From: Gammaproteobacteria bacterium
GTDB lineage: Bacteria; Pseudomonadota; Gammaproteobacteria; Ga0077536
Length of the DNA stretch: 55,820 nt
Direction: 5' to 3'
NCBI GenBank assembly: GCA_030833185.1
Contig: JAURHQ010000005.1
Coordinates: forward strand, 1-55,820
The notes under the pieces were generated by a model. That model was not told the DNA's origin, searched no databases, and was given only the letters and a program-made list of their open reading frames with translations. Shown in pieces: positions 19,432 to 29,515 of the stretch. The translations under genes and the position numbers were made by a program. How positions within the stretch are numbered: position 1 is the stretch's first letter; each line of letters opens with the position of its first letter.

Positions 19432-20280
19432 ATGAGAATGAGCGCTGAACAATTTGCCCGATGGGACGCGAAATCCATCACCCTGCTGGGCATGTCCGGG
19501 GTGGGCAAAACGCACCTGTCTGGCCGCCTGCGGGCCGCTAACTGGTTTCACTATTCGGCCGACTACCGAATAGGTACCCGCTACCTCAGCGAACCGATTC
19601 TGGACAACATCAAGCGGCAGGTGATGCAGGTGCCGTTCCTGCGCGAGCTGCTGCGGACCGACTCCATCTACATTTCTAATAACATTACGGTCGACAACCT
19701 CACGGCCGTGCTGACCTTTCTGGGCAAACTCGGGCGGCCGGCGCAGGCCGGACTGGATCTGCAGGAATTCAAAAGACGCCAGAAGCTGTACCGGGACGCC
19801 GAAGTGGCCGCCATGCTGGATGTGCCGGAATTCATCGCCAAAGCCCACGAAATCTACGGCTACCAGCATTTCGTGAACGATTCCGCGGGCAGCCTGTGCG
19901 AGCTTGATGACCCGAGCGCCCTCGAAGTGTTGGCCGAGCACACGCTCATCATCTACATCGAGGCGACCGCCGAGAATGGCCGGCAGTTGCTGGCCCGCGC
20001 GGAGGCAGACCCCAAGCCCCTGTATTACCGGCCCGCGTTTCTGGACGAGCAACTTGCGGTTTACATCGCCGAAAAGGGCTTGACCAGCGTCGCCGATATT
20101 GCGCCCGACGACTTCGTGCTGTGGATGTTTCCGCGCCTGTTCGCTGCGCGGGTGCCTCGATACGAGGCTATCGCGCGGCAGTACGGGTACACCATTCGCG
20201 CCGATGTGCTGGCCGCAGCCCATAGCGAAGCGGCATTCCTCGCCTGCATCGGGGATGCACTCCGCCAGTCGGCCGTCTAA
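19432..20280 (+). CDS. Uncharacterised P-loop ATPase/kinase
   Basis: GMSGVGKT Walker A; WFHYSADYRIGTRYL; likely start 19432 or 19438. Confidence 0.8.
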   Translation: MRMSAEQFARWDAKSITLLGMSGVGKTHLSGRLRAANWFHYSADYRIGTRYLSEPILDNIKRQVMQVPFLRELLRTDSIYISNNITVDNLTAVLTFLGKLGRPAQAGLDLQEFKRRQKLYRDAEVAAMLDVPEFIAKAHEIYGYQHFVNDSAGSLCELDDPSALEVLAEHTLIIYIEATAENGRQLLARAEADPKPLYYRPAFLDEQLAVYIAEKGLTSVADIAPDDFVLWMFPRLFAARVPRYEAIARQYGYTIRADVLAAAHSEAAFLACIGDALRQSAV

Positions 20281-20325
20281 TCACCACCGCAAAAGCACGA
20301 ACGCAGTCACGCAAGGCCCTTATCC

Positions 20326-21393
20326 ATGTCTTACCCGCCTTCCTCTGGTTTGCAACTCGGCCTGTTCATGCCGAACTGCAGCAACATGTACGCCATCAGC
20401 ACCTACCGCACGGTGCCCGACGAGTGGCCCTATGAGTCGAACAAGCGCATCGCGCTGGCGGCCGAGGCGGCTGGCTTTGACTTTCTGTTCCCGGTCAGCC
20501 GCTGGCGCGGATTCGGCGGGCCCACCGACTACCTGGGTACCTCGCTGGAAACCATGACCTGGGCCTCGGCCCTGCTCGCGGTGACCTCGCGAATCAAGGT
20601 CTTCTCGACCGTCCACGTGCCGGTATTTCACCCGGTGGTCGTCGCCAAAATGGGCGCCACGCTGGACCACATCGGGCAAGGCCGCTGGGGCATCAACCTG
20701 GTTAGTGGCTGGAGCAAGGAAGAGTTCGGGATGATGGGGGTGGATCTCCTGCCGCATGCCGAGCGTTATCAACGCACCACCGCCTTCGTCGAAATCCTGC
20801 GCGGCCTGTGGACCGAACCGCCGGGCAGCTTCAATTATGAAAGCCCGTGGTATCAGGTTCGCGGGGGGTATTCGCTGCCCCAACCGACCACCCCACCGCC
20901 GATCGCCAATGCGGGCGGATCGGCAGACGCGCAGGCCATGGTGGCCCGGCTTTGCGACTGGGCCTTCCTCAGCCCGCCGTCGATCGAAGCCACTCCCGGC
21001 ATCACCAGTCAAATCCGCTCGCGCGCGGCGGCGCATGGGCGTAGCGTGAAGTGCGCCGGCTTTCCGTTTGTCTTGTGGCGCGACTCCGAAGAAGAAGCCG
21101 CAGCGGAAGTCGCAAAAATCATCGCCCACAAGGACAGCATCGCCGCCGGGAACTGGCTGGAGGGCGTAGGGCTGGGCAGCGGTTCATTCGACCAGTTCAC
21201 GCTGGACATGATGGTTTTGGGCGCGGGCGCGCTGCCGGTCGTCGGCACCGCGCGTCAGGTTGCCGAGAAACTGGCCGCCCTCCACGCCGGCGGCCTGGAC
21301 GGGTTGTTGATGGTCTTTCAGGCCTATTACGAAGACACGCTGCGCTTCGAGCGAGAAGTACTACCGATCCTGCGCGAAATGGGCGTGCGCTAG
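20326..21393 (+). CDS. LLM-class flavin-dependent monooxygenase (RutA/SsuD/SfnG-like)
   Basis: AEAAGFDF, RWRGFGG, HPVVVAKMGATLDHIGQGRWGINLVSGW. Confidence 0.88.
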   Translation: MSYPPSSGLQLGLFMPNCSNMYAISTYRTVPDEWPYESNKRIALAAEAAGFDFLFPVSRWRGFGGPTDYLGTSLETMTWASALLAVTSRIKVFSTVHVPVFHPVVVAKMGATLDHIGQGRWGINLVSGWSKEEFGMMGVDLLPHAERYQRTTAFVEILRGLWTEPPGSFNYESPWYQVRGGYSLPQPTTPPPIANAGGSADAQAMVARLCDWAFLSPPSIEATPGITSQIRSRAAAHGRSVKCAGFPFVLWRDSEEEAAAEVAKIIAHKDSIAAGNWLEGVGLGSGSFDQFTLDMMVLGAGALPVVGTARQVAEKLAALHAGGLDGLLMVFQAYYEDTLRFEREVLPILREMGVR

Positions 21394-22667
21394 GCCCAGC
21401 GCACGCGGACGGGGACTGACTTAGGCCCGGACACAAATTCCGAATGGACCAGCCGGGGCTCGCCGGCCAGTTCGACGGCCGCCAGACGCGGCACGATGCG
21501 CTCCCATAACTCACGCATCTCGAGCCGCGCCAGGTGCTGCCCCAGACACACATGCCCGCCATGCCCAAAGCTGATCTGACGACTGGGCTGACGGTCCAGT
21601 CGAAACTCGAAAGGCGACGGAAACACCGTTTCATCACGATTTGCCGAAGGATAAGACAGATACAGGCGGTCGCCCTTGGCAATGGCCCGCCCGGCGATCG
21701 TGCAGTCTGCCGTGGCATGTCTCACAAACTGCTTCACCGGCGTTGCCCAGCGGATGGCCTCGTCCACGAAGGCTGGAATGAGCGACAAATCGGCTTTGAG
21801 TGCCTTGAGCAAGGCAGGCTGCTCGGCCAGCATCCACATCGCCCAGGCCGTGGAATGCGCGGTCGAATCGTGACCGGCGGTCGACAGAATGGCGTAGTAC
21901 GAAATGGCGGCCACGTGCTCCAGCGGCGCACCGTCGACTTCTGCATTGGCTATTAGCGAGGCAATGTCGTCGCGAGGCGAGGCCCGGCGATCCGCCATGA
22001 CCGCGCTGTAGTACTCATTGAATTCGTCGAAGACGATTTTCCACGTCCGGGTCTGATGGGTAGGGTCGGCGGGGTTGGTCTCGGGTCGCTTGAGGTCCGG
22101 ATCGGCCCAGCAAAACAGCCACTGGGTCAGGCGCAGCATCTTGGCGTGGTCAGCCCGTGGCACGCCGACCAGATCCAGCACGATACCCAGGGGATACGGC
22201 ATGGCCAGTTCGTGCGCCCAGTCGAATTCCGGCCCCAACTGCTGCAAGCCGGCGATGCGCTCGGCGGCTACCATCCCGATGTGTTCGCGCAGTTTCGCGA
22301 TGTTTTGCGGCGAAAACGCCTTTACGGTGACCTGCCGATAGGGTCCGTGTTCGGGATTATCGAGTTGCACCAGTGAGCGAAAAAGATTCCACGAGCCGCC
22401 GGTGAATTCGCGCACCAGCGCCTCACCGTCGCGGGTGATGAGTGTGGCCGCGCGGTCGGCGTTGTGAAACAGCTCGTTTTGCCTGCTGATTTCGACGACG
22501 TCGGCGTGTCGGGTGACGACCCAGTAGGGGTCGAAACCCGGCACCTCGGCCCGCGCCAAGGGGTAGCGCGCGCGAAGCTCGCGCAATAACTCATCCACCA
22601 GACCACGGGTGGCAAAACTTGAGGGGTCAAAAAGCGGCGCAACCAGTTCTACCGGAATAACAGTCAT
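21390..22667 (-). CDS. Cytochrome P450
   Basis: Start ATG 22667; I-helix AGHDST, ExxR (EAIR), heme motif FGHGGHVCLG. Confidence 0.95.
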   Translation of the reverse strand: MTVIPVELVAPLFDPSSFATRGLVDELLRELRARYPLARAEVPGFDPYWVVTRHADVVEISRQNELFHNADRAATLITRDGEALVREFTGGSWNLFRSLVQLDNPEHGPYRQVTVKAFSPQNIAKLREHIGMVAAERIAGLQQLGPEFDWAHELAMPYPLGIVLDLVGVPRADHAKMLRLTQWLFCWADPDLKRPETNPADPTHQTRTWKIVFDEFNEYYSAVMADRRASPRDDIASLIANAEVDGAPLEHVAAISYYAILSTAGHDSTAHSTAWAMWMLAEQPALLKALKADLSLIPAFVDEAIRWATPVKQFVRHATADCTIAGRAIAKGDRLYLSYPSANRDETVFPSPFEFRLDRQPSRQISFGHGGHVCLGQHLARLEMRELWERIVPRLAAVELAGEPRLVHSEFVSGPKSVPVRVRWA

Positions 22668-22701
22668 CGGGGTTTCATCCTGTGAAAACGCTAACCTGCA
22701 C

Positions 22702-25137
22702 TTAAGCCATCTTCGCCGGCACAGCCTCATCGGCCATCGTGAACAGCGCCGGGTCGACGCCTTCGCCCACCAGCAGATCGCGCCGCGCGGCGAATCGCGG
22801 CTTCACCAGCCACACGATCAGCGGCAGCACCACCAGCGACAGCACCATGTTGATGGCCATGATGACGATCAACAGCAGCCCCATGTCGGCGACAAACTTC
22901 AGGCCCGACATGAAATACCACGGCGCGATCCCCAGCCCCATGATAGTGGCCGTAAACAGGATGGCCTTACCGGTCGTGCGCAGCGCGCGCACGATGGCGA
23001 GCGCCCAGTCGCCATCGGCGCTGTGGTATTCCTCGCAAATACGCGACAACAGATAAATGCCGTAATCGATGCCAACGCCAAGCCCGATGGCCGCCACGAT
23101 CAGCGAGTTCACATCCAGCCCCACGCCCAGCAGGTGCATGGCGGCGTAAAGCACTTCATTGGCTAGATTCACGGGTACCAGCAGGATGAGCCCCGCCACC
23201 AGCGAGCGATAGGCCACGCTGCAGGTAATGAGGATGAAGAAGTTCAGCACCAGCACGACCACCCAGTGGTAACGCTCGACCACGTGATTCACCGCCTGTT
23301 GCAGGGGAATCGTGCCGGTGGCTAGCCGGATGGTGAAGCGCTCGTGGTCAGCGCCCACCTGCTCAACTGCCGCGCGGGCGGCTGCCAGCGCCTTGTCGAC
23401 GGTGTCCTGCTTGTTGTCGCGATACCAGAGCGAGACGGTGCCATCCAGCCAGGTCTCATTGACCACATGACCAAAGTTCTTGGCGCTGGTCCCCATGGTC
23501 ACCGCGAACGAAGCGGCGCTAGAGGCCTGGTCGTTGGGGTCGAGGAACATCCACTTGGGACTGCCCCCATTGAACAGACGGTTGCCCTCGCTGACGTAAT
23601 CCGCGAACGACAGCGTCGCGCGCGGCGGGTCTTCGCCAGACTCCATGATGCGCTGTAGCGCCCGCATGGTTTCCTGCATGTCGGACTTTTGGACCATCAG
23701 TTCGAGCGTCTTCCGTTCCTTCGACTCCAACACGATTTCCAGCGTGTTTACCCCAGGGAAATGCGCATTGATCTGGCGCACGGCGGTGTTGAATTCGGAG
23801 TCGTGCCAGAAGAGACCCGAGCCCTCCACCGGATTGCCGATTCGGATCTGGCCGGCGGTGTAGATGGCGAGCACGCTGAATACCAGCACCACGGCCGAGG
23901 TGAGGCGCGCGGTGCGGCCTACCGACAGGCTGGCCACCGCCCCCAGTGTGGCCTGTAGCCGCCGGTGAAAGCCCGACACCTTGCCGCGCCCGGTCAGACG
24001 CTCCACGTTGCGGGGCGGAGGCAAAGTTGCAAGCAACAGTGAAATCAGCACGACCCCGGTCGGGATCAGCCACACGGCCCACATGCCGCAAAAGATGGCG
24101 TGTCGCACCATGGCCGGAATGGGCGCCGCGACGACGATAAAAATGCCGAGGATGTCGGTGATAATGCCGAGGATGCTGGGCGCCATCATCACGCCCATGG
24201 TGATTTCGGCGGCTTTCACCCGGTCACCGACCTGCGCGTAAACCTCGTAGAAGCGCTCCGTGAACTGCACGCAGTGCGAAAATGAGCGCGCGGTCAGCAG
24301 CAAGGGCACGACCATGAGCAGCGGCTCGATCGAGATATCCAGCCACCCCACCAGACCAAACGCCCAAATGCCGGCCGTCGCGCTGGTAATAATGGGCGTG
24401 ATGACGCCAACCACATTGCGCATGTAGAGGATCAGCGCGCCGATCAAGGCGCCAAGCGTCACGGTGAAGATCATCACCATCTGCCATTCGTACTGATACA
24501 CCCAGCCGATAAGCACCGGCTGGCCGGCGAGATAGACGTCGTGATGCTCATCGCGAGCGGCCTTGACCAGCCGCTGCAAGTGCTCGAAGGCCACGCCGTA
24601 ATCCAGCCGATGTTCGATGAAGGTTGCGGTAATCAGCGTCGCGGTATCGTCGCGCGATACCAGAAACACCCGGGCGTTCGGCGCCTTGTCCAGCAAGTTG
24701 CGGAACTTGCTGATTTCTTCTTCATCCCGCGGCGCGTGATCGGTCATCAAAGGCCGCATATCGATGCCGTTGGCGGTCGATTCGCTGTAGCGCGCCTTGC
24801 TGCTCGCCAGCGAGAGAATCATGTCGTGATCGACACCCGGCACCAGATCGATATCGCGCGTGAACTGCCAGATTTTGGCCAGCGTGTCGGCGTGAAAAAG
24901 ATCGCCGTCCTTACGCTTGATCATCACCGCGACCGTCAGCGGGTTACCAAATCCCGGATGGTCCTTGTAGACCTGCACAAACGGGTCATCCGTGGGTAGC
25001 AGGTCAGAAAAAATGGTCTGCAACTGGACCTTGGGGAGTCCTGCGGCAAAGAACGCGGTAATGGCGATGAAGAGCGCCCAGGCGGGCTTGCGGTTGGCCA
25101 GAACCCAGCGAGCAATCCGGTAACGGAGCGAGTACAT
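22702..25137 (-). CDS. MMPL/RND-family membrane transporter
   Basis: Two repeated TM blocks with periplasmic loops; GLGVGIDYGIYL, TTGKAILFTA; start ATG 25137. Confidence 0.88.
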   Translation of the reverse strand: MYSLRYRIARWVLANRKPAWALFIAITAFFAAGLPKVQLQTIFSDLLPTDDPFVQVYKDHPGFGNPLTVAVMIKRKDGDLFHADTLAKIWQFTRDIDLVPGVDHDMILSLASSKARYSESTANGIDMRPLMTDHAPRDEEEISKFRNLLDKAPNARVFLVSRDDTATLITATFIEHRLDYGVAFEHLQRLVKAARDEHHDVYLAGQPVLIGWVYQYEWQMVMIFTVTLGALIGALILYMRNVVGVITPIITSATAGIWAFGLVGWLDISIEPLLMVVPLLLTARSFSHCVQFTERFYEVYAQVGDRVKAAEITMGVMMAPSILGIITDILGIFIVVAAPIPAMVRHAIFCGMWAVWLIPTGVVLISLLLATLPPPRNVERLTGRGKVSGFHRRLQATLGAVASLSVGRTARLTSAVVLVFSVLAIYTAGQIRIGNPVEGSGLFWHDSEFNTAVRQINAHFPGVNTLEIVLESKERKTLELMVQKSDMQETMRALQRIMESGEDPPRATLSFADYVSEGNRLFNGGSPKWMFLDPNDQASSAASFAVTMGTSAKNFGHVVNETWLDGTVSLWYRDNKQDTVDKALAAARAAVEQVGADHERFTIRLATGTIPLQQAVNHVVERYHWVVVLVLNFFILITCSVAYRSLVAGLILLVPVNLANEVLYAAMHLLGVGLDVNSLIVAAIGLGVGIDYGIYLLSRICEEYHSADGDWALAIVRALRTTGKAILFTATIMGLGIAPWYFMSGLKFVADMGLLLIVIMAINMVLSLVVLPLIVWLVKPRFAARRDLLVGEGVDPALFTMADEAVPAKMA

Positions 25138-25374
25138 CGTCGTTAAACCTGTCTGATAAAAAGATGATTTGAGGGCAGCCACCAACCTGGTGATGCTGCG
25201 CAAAGTACCCCATTCGGGGGCATTCCGGACAGACGTCCCGGGCAGCGACGCGCCTGTCCAAGCAAGACCATGGGCCGTAAACTGCGGGCCTGTCTTTTAC
25301 GGCCCCACGGCCCCGCCGGTTTCACCTTTGATCACTTGCCATCGCTATCCCGCGTCGCGCCTCGGTGCGCCGAT

Positions 25375-26316
25375 ATGAAAAATTCCTTCGCCGCGGGCCT
25401 ACTGGCCGCGTTTCTGGCGGTCGCCCTGTGGGGCGCCCAATTACCCATCGCCAAGGACAGCTTCGCGCACGTCGACCCGTTCAGCTCCACCGCTTTGCGC
25501 TATCTCTTCGCCTTGCTGGTGATAGTGCCCGCGCTGATCTGGCAGGAAGGACGCGGGGCGCTCCGTTACGGGCGGCAATGGAAAACGGCCTGTCTGCTCG
25601 GATTCATCGGCATGGCGGCCTCGCCCTGCCTGGTCTTTCTCGGCATGTCAATGTCGCGCGCCGAATATGCGGTGGTGATCGTCGCGCTGCAGCCTTCGAT
25701 GGCGGCCATTTTGCACTGGATCCTGCAATCCCGACGCCCCTCCGCCTTCACCTTGGCCTGCATTGCGATGGCGCTGGCCGGGGTGGTGCTGGTGGTGACC
25801 AAGGGCGAGTTGGCTTTCCATGAGAGCGCCCGCGAACTGCTCGGTAGTTTTTGCGTCCTGCTGGGCGCACTCGCCTGGGTGATCTACACGATGGGAACCG
25901 GCAAGCTGGCGGGCTGGTCAATATGGCGCGTCACCACGCTGACCATGTTGCCTGGCGGGGTGGCCAACATGCTGCTCGCGGCCGGCCTGATTGCCACCGG
26001 GATCGTGCCGCTACCCACCGCTGAGGCCCTGTGGGCCATCCGCTGGCCGCTGGCCTATCTCAGCTTTGCCGGCGTGTTGGTCTCCATGCTGGCGTGGAAC
26101 TTCGGCAACCAGCGCATCGGCCCTTTGAACGCAACGCTGTTCATCAACTTCATGCCGGTCATGACCTTCGGCTTTCGGAGCCTGCAGGGCTATCAGTTCT
26201 CGCCGATCGAACTGCTCGGCGCGGGATTGGTTGTCGCCGCACTGGTAGCTAACAACGTGTATCTACGCGTGGTTTTTCTGGCGGCGCAGCGCCGCGCCGC
26301 CGTGGCTGCGGGCTAG
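25375..26316 (+). CDS. DMT/EamA-family transporter
   Basis: About 10 hydrophobic helices in two EamA repeats; likely start ATG 25375. Confidence 0.87.
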   Translation: MKNSFAAGLLAAFLAVALWGAQLPIAKDSFAHVDPFSSTALRYLFALLVIVPALIWQEGRGALRYGRQWKTACLLGFIGMAASPCLVFLGMSMSRAEYAVVIVALQPSMAAILHWILQSRRPSAFTLACIAMALAGVVLVVTKGELAFHESARELLGSFCVLLGALAWVIYTMGTGKLAGWSIWRVTTLTMLPGGVANMLLAAGLIATGIVPLPTAEALWAIRWPLAYLSFAGVLVSMLAWNFGNQRIGPLNATLFINFMPVMTFGFRSLQGYQFSPIELLGAGLVVAALVANNVYLRVVFLAAQRRAAVAAG

Positions 26317-26321
26317 ACGAA

Positions 26322-27275
26322 TCAGGGCACGTCTACGACATCGCCCGCCGGCCCTTCATGATGCGGATGGAGATCATGCGCCGGTTTAACCGGGAGCCCT
26401 GCGACCGGCACCGTTCGGCGCAGGAAATCGATCACGGCGCGTCCGAACACATCGTTGCGATCACCGGCCACCATGTGGCCGGCCTCGGTAATATTGACGT
26501 ACTCGCTATGCCTGCAGAGTTCAAGAAACGCAGCCGCGCCTTCTTCGCTGAGCACGTCTGACAGCCCCCCACGCACCAGCAGGGTCGGCAGGGCAAGCGC
26601 GCTGGCGCAGGCTTCGAGTCGGATCAGACGTTTATCCATTTCCCGGCGCAGGGTCATGAAGCGCGGGTCCCAGTGCCAGCGGTATTTGCCGTCCGCCGTG
26701 AGTCGTAAATTCTTCGCCAGACCGGCTAAATCCTTGGGTGGCTTGCGGTGTGGCTGATAGGCCCCAATCGCCTGCGCCACTTCCTCCAGCGAGTTAAAGC
26801 CCTCGGGTCGCTGGTCCATGAAGGCCTGAATTTTCTGCACGCCTTCCGGCTCGATACGGGGTGCGATGTCAACCAGCACCAGCGCAGTGGCATCGACGCG
26901 ATCTTCACCCACCGCGACCAGACTGGTGCCGCCGCCCATGGACGCCCCGACCAGCACCGGCCGGCGTCCGCCGAGCGCTGCGATCACGCAGCGCAGGTCC
27001 TCCACCATGATGTCCTGCCCATACACGCCATCGGGTGCCCAGTCAGAATCACCGTGGCCACGGGCGTCGAAACTCACCGCGTGATAGCCGGCCGCACCCA
27101 GCTGCTCACCCACATTCTTCCACGCATGACGGGTCTGCCCACCCCCATGCTGGAGCAAGACGAGCGGCCCTTGCGGGTCACCCCAACTGTCACCGGCGAT
27201 GCTCACGCCCTGCGCCCCCGACCAACGATGCATGGGGATAGGCGTACCTGGAAGTCTTTCGCCGGCGTTGCTCAT
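26322..27275 (-). CDS. Alpha/beta hydrolase (BpoB/Rv1123c-like)
   Basis: HGGGQ, RGHGDS, nucleophile elbow GASMGG, WHWDP, AGHMVAGD. Confidence 0.88.
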   Translation of the reverse strand: MSNAGERLPGTPIPMHRWSGAQGVSIAGDSWGDPQGPLVLLQHGGGQTRHAWKNVGEQLGAAGYHAVSFDARGHGDSDWAPDGVYGQDIMVEDLRCVIAALGGRRPVLVGASMGGGTSLVAVGEDRVDATALVLVDIAPRIEPEGVQKIQAFMDQRPEGFNSLEEVAQAIGAYQPHRKPPKDLAGLAKNLRLTADGKYRWHWDPRFMTLRREMDKRLIRLEACASALALPTLLVRGGLSDVLSEEGAAAFLELCRHSEYVNITEAGHMVAGDRNDVFGRAVIDFLRRTVPVAGLPVKPAHDLHPHHEGPAGDVVDVP

Positions 27276-27366
27276 GGGGCTTCGATCCTGTTCAGTGCAG
27301 GCTGCATTGTCGGGGCATGGGGAATCGCGTCAAGCGCTGGTCTTTCGCGACTCACCATCAGGGGCT

Positions 27367-27471
27367 TGGACAGGCGCGATTGACTAGCTCATTGAACACG
27401 GCGTAGCGACCGTCATTTTTACCAACCCGTCCAAAGGCTTTTTTACCGCCGACGCGCTCGCCCAGCTGGGC
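27367..27471 (+). pseudogene. Remnant of an enoyl-CoA hydratase N-terminus
   Basis: Frame reads AID*LIEHGVATVIFTNPSKGFFTADALAQL with in-frame TAG at 27385-27387; similarity ends after about 30 codons. Confidence 0.5.
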
Positions 27472-27526
27472 GGAAGGATGCATTGGCACGCGGGCGGTGG
27501 GCACCCGCGCGAGCAAGGCCGAGGCT

Positions 27527-28042
27527 TCAGGCTTTCAGCATTTCAGCCAGCGCAAGGCGCGTGGATTCAAAGGCAATTCGGCCCGGGTCCACCGCCGCAG
27601 GCGCCAGCCAATCGAGCGCGGCCGCTTCGTCGTTAGGCTGGAATTCGGTGGCATCCGCCAGCGTGCAGCCGAAGAACACGTCGACCGTGCTGTAGCGTAC
27701 GCCGTGAAATACATACCGATTGGGAATGGAAAAAAGATAGCGCGGCGCGAGGAGCTTGAATCCGGTTTCCTCAAAGGTTTCGCGCATCACGGCGGCTTCC
27801 AGCGACTCATCGCGCTCGACAAAGCCACCCGGCAAATCAAGCAAGCCGGCGCCGGGCTCGCGGGCGCGCGTAATCCACGCGATTTTGCCGGCGCGCTCGA
27901 TAACGGCCGACACCGCAACCGCCGTGTTATGGAAATACGTATGACCACAACGCGAGCAGCCGTAGAGCTTGTTGTCTACGCTTTCCAACGCATCTACCCC
28001 GCACTGGGGGCAGAAATACCGGCGGTTGCTTGCCGATGTCAT
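27527..28042 (-). CDS. NUDIX hydrolase with N-terminal zinc ribbon
   Basis: CPQC...CSRC; Nudix box PGGFVERDESLEAAVMRETFEETG. Confidence 0.9.
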   Translation of the reverse strand: MTSASNRRYFCPQCGVDALESVDNKLYGCSRCGHTYFHNTAVAVSAVIERAGKIAWITRAREPGAGLLDLPGGFVERDESLEAAVMRETFEETGFKLLAPRYLFSIPNRYVFHGVRYSTVDVFFGCTLADATEFQPNDEAAALDWLAPAAVDPGRIAFESTRLALAEMLKA

Positions 28043-28053
28043 CGCCTTGATGC

Positions 28054-28836
28054 TCAGGCGCGAGCCGTTGAGCCGCCGTCAACGGTGAGTACGGTACCGG
28101 TGCAATAAGAGGCTTCGTCCGAGGCCAGAAACAGGCAGGCATAGGCCACTTCTTCCGGCGTGGCAGGACGCCCCATCGGCGAAATGAGTTTCGGGTTCTC
28201 GGGCGAAAACAGCATGGGGGTCACGCTCTCCACCATCTGGGTTTGCACAAAGCCCGGTGCCACCACGTTGCAGCGAATATGGTCGTCGACGTAGGCGACC
28301 GACATGGAACGCGTGAGATTGATGATGGCGCCTTTGGTGGCCGTGTAGGTGTGGGCATCCGGCGCACCGCCCAGCCCGAAAATACTGGCAACGTTGACGA
28401 TCGATCCCTTGCCCTGCTGCTTCATCTGGCGGATCACGAGGCGCGACACGTAGAACACGCTGTCGAGATTGAGGGCCATCACCTCACGCCATTTGTCGAT
28501 CGGGGTGCTGTGCACCGGATCCATCGAGCCTGCGCTGGTCTCGCGCAGGTTGTAACCCACACCGGCCGCGTTCAGCAGGATGTCAATGCGGCCGTAGGTC
28601 TCAACGCAGCGGTTGACGGCGGCTTCGACCGGGTCGGGTTGCGACAGGTCGGCGCTGAACACGCTGCCTTTGCCGCCGGCCGCAACGGCCTGACGCAGTG
28701 ATTCATCCAGATTGGCCTGCGTGCGCGAGACCCCGAAAACGGTGGCGCCTTCTTTCGCAAACATCACCATGCAAGCCCGGCCAATGCCGGTGCCCGCACC
28801 GGTTACAAAGGCTATTTTTCCATCCAGACGTCCCAT
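28054..28836 (-). CDS. Short-chain dehydrogenase/reductase
   Basis: TGAGTGIG, catalytic YTATK, PGF. Confidence 0.93.
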   Translation of the reverse strand: MGRLDGKIAFVTGAGTGIGRACMVMFAKEGATVFGVSRTQANLDESLRQAVAAGGKGSVFSADLSQPDPVEAAVNRCVETYGRIDILLNAAGVGYNLRETSAGSMDPVHSTPIDKWREVMALNLDSVFYVSRLVIRQMKQQGKGSIVNVASIFGLGGAPDAHTYTATKGAIINLTRSMSVAYVDDHIRCNVVAPGFVQTQMVESVTPMLFSPENPKLISPMGRPATPEEVAYACLFLASDEASYCTGTVLTVDGGSTARA

Positions 28837-28885
28837 ACCTGTTCCCCTTCTCGGCTCGTTTACCCTGAAACGAGGCTGTTCGTGA

Positions 28886-29491
28886 TTATTCTTCGCGCTG
28901 GCGTCCCATCAGACGCAGCAGGTCCTCATGTAACTCAAACCAGACGGTGTGATAGCTGTCGCTACGCGCATCGCTGACTGCCGCAGTCTCGCCATTTTCC
29001 GCCTGATCGAGGGCGGCCAGCAGCTTTTCCTGATACACCTTGAGCCGCGGCGCCCCGCCGACCAATGCCTTCAACACCGGCTCGAAGCGTTCATGCAAAT
29101 CGCCGAGGCGGTCGACGATGCGCTGGTCGTAGTCGCGGTCGCTGTGGTCGTTGGGTACGCGTTTACCGCCTAGTTCAAGCGTTTGCCAATCGGTGATGAG
29201 TTGCTTGAGCTCGACATTGATGCGCTCGAAGCGTTCGTAGGCGGCAACAAATGCAGCGTTGGCGCGCAACCCATCACAGAATCGCGAGTATTCGCTGGCC
29301 AGGATCAACTGGCCGGCTGGTGACAGCAGATAACGCCCGTTGGCTTCCAGCACCCGCCCACCGGCGACCGCCGAGGCCAGTAGCTCGGCGGTGCGTGCGA
29401 GCGGGACGCTTGCGATCGCAGCGATGTCTTCGGCAGCGCCGTGCTTGCGAATCGCGATAGCGTGCATGACCAGATGGAGATCGGTATTCAT
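28886..29491 (-). CDS. Conserved hypothetical with wHTH-like N-terminus (Rv1126c-like)
   Basis: TDWQ, PNDHSDRDYD, DSYHTVWFELHE match my recollection of mycobacterial Rv1126c. Confidence 0.75.
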   Translation of the reverse strand: MNTDLHLVMHAIAIRKHGAAEDIAAIASVPLARTAELLASAVAGGRVLEANGRYLLSPAGQLILASEYSRFCDGLRANAAFVAAYERFERINVELKQLITDWQTLELGGKRVPNDHSDRDYDQRIVDRLGDLHERFEPVLKALVGGAPRLKVYQEKLLAALDQAENGETAAVSDARSDSYHTVWFELHEDLLRLMGRQREE

Positions 29492-29515
29492 CGGTATAGC
29501 TCCGTCAGGGGTGCG

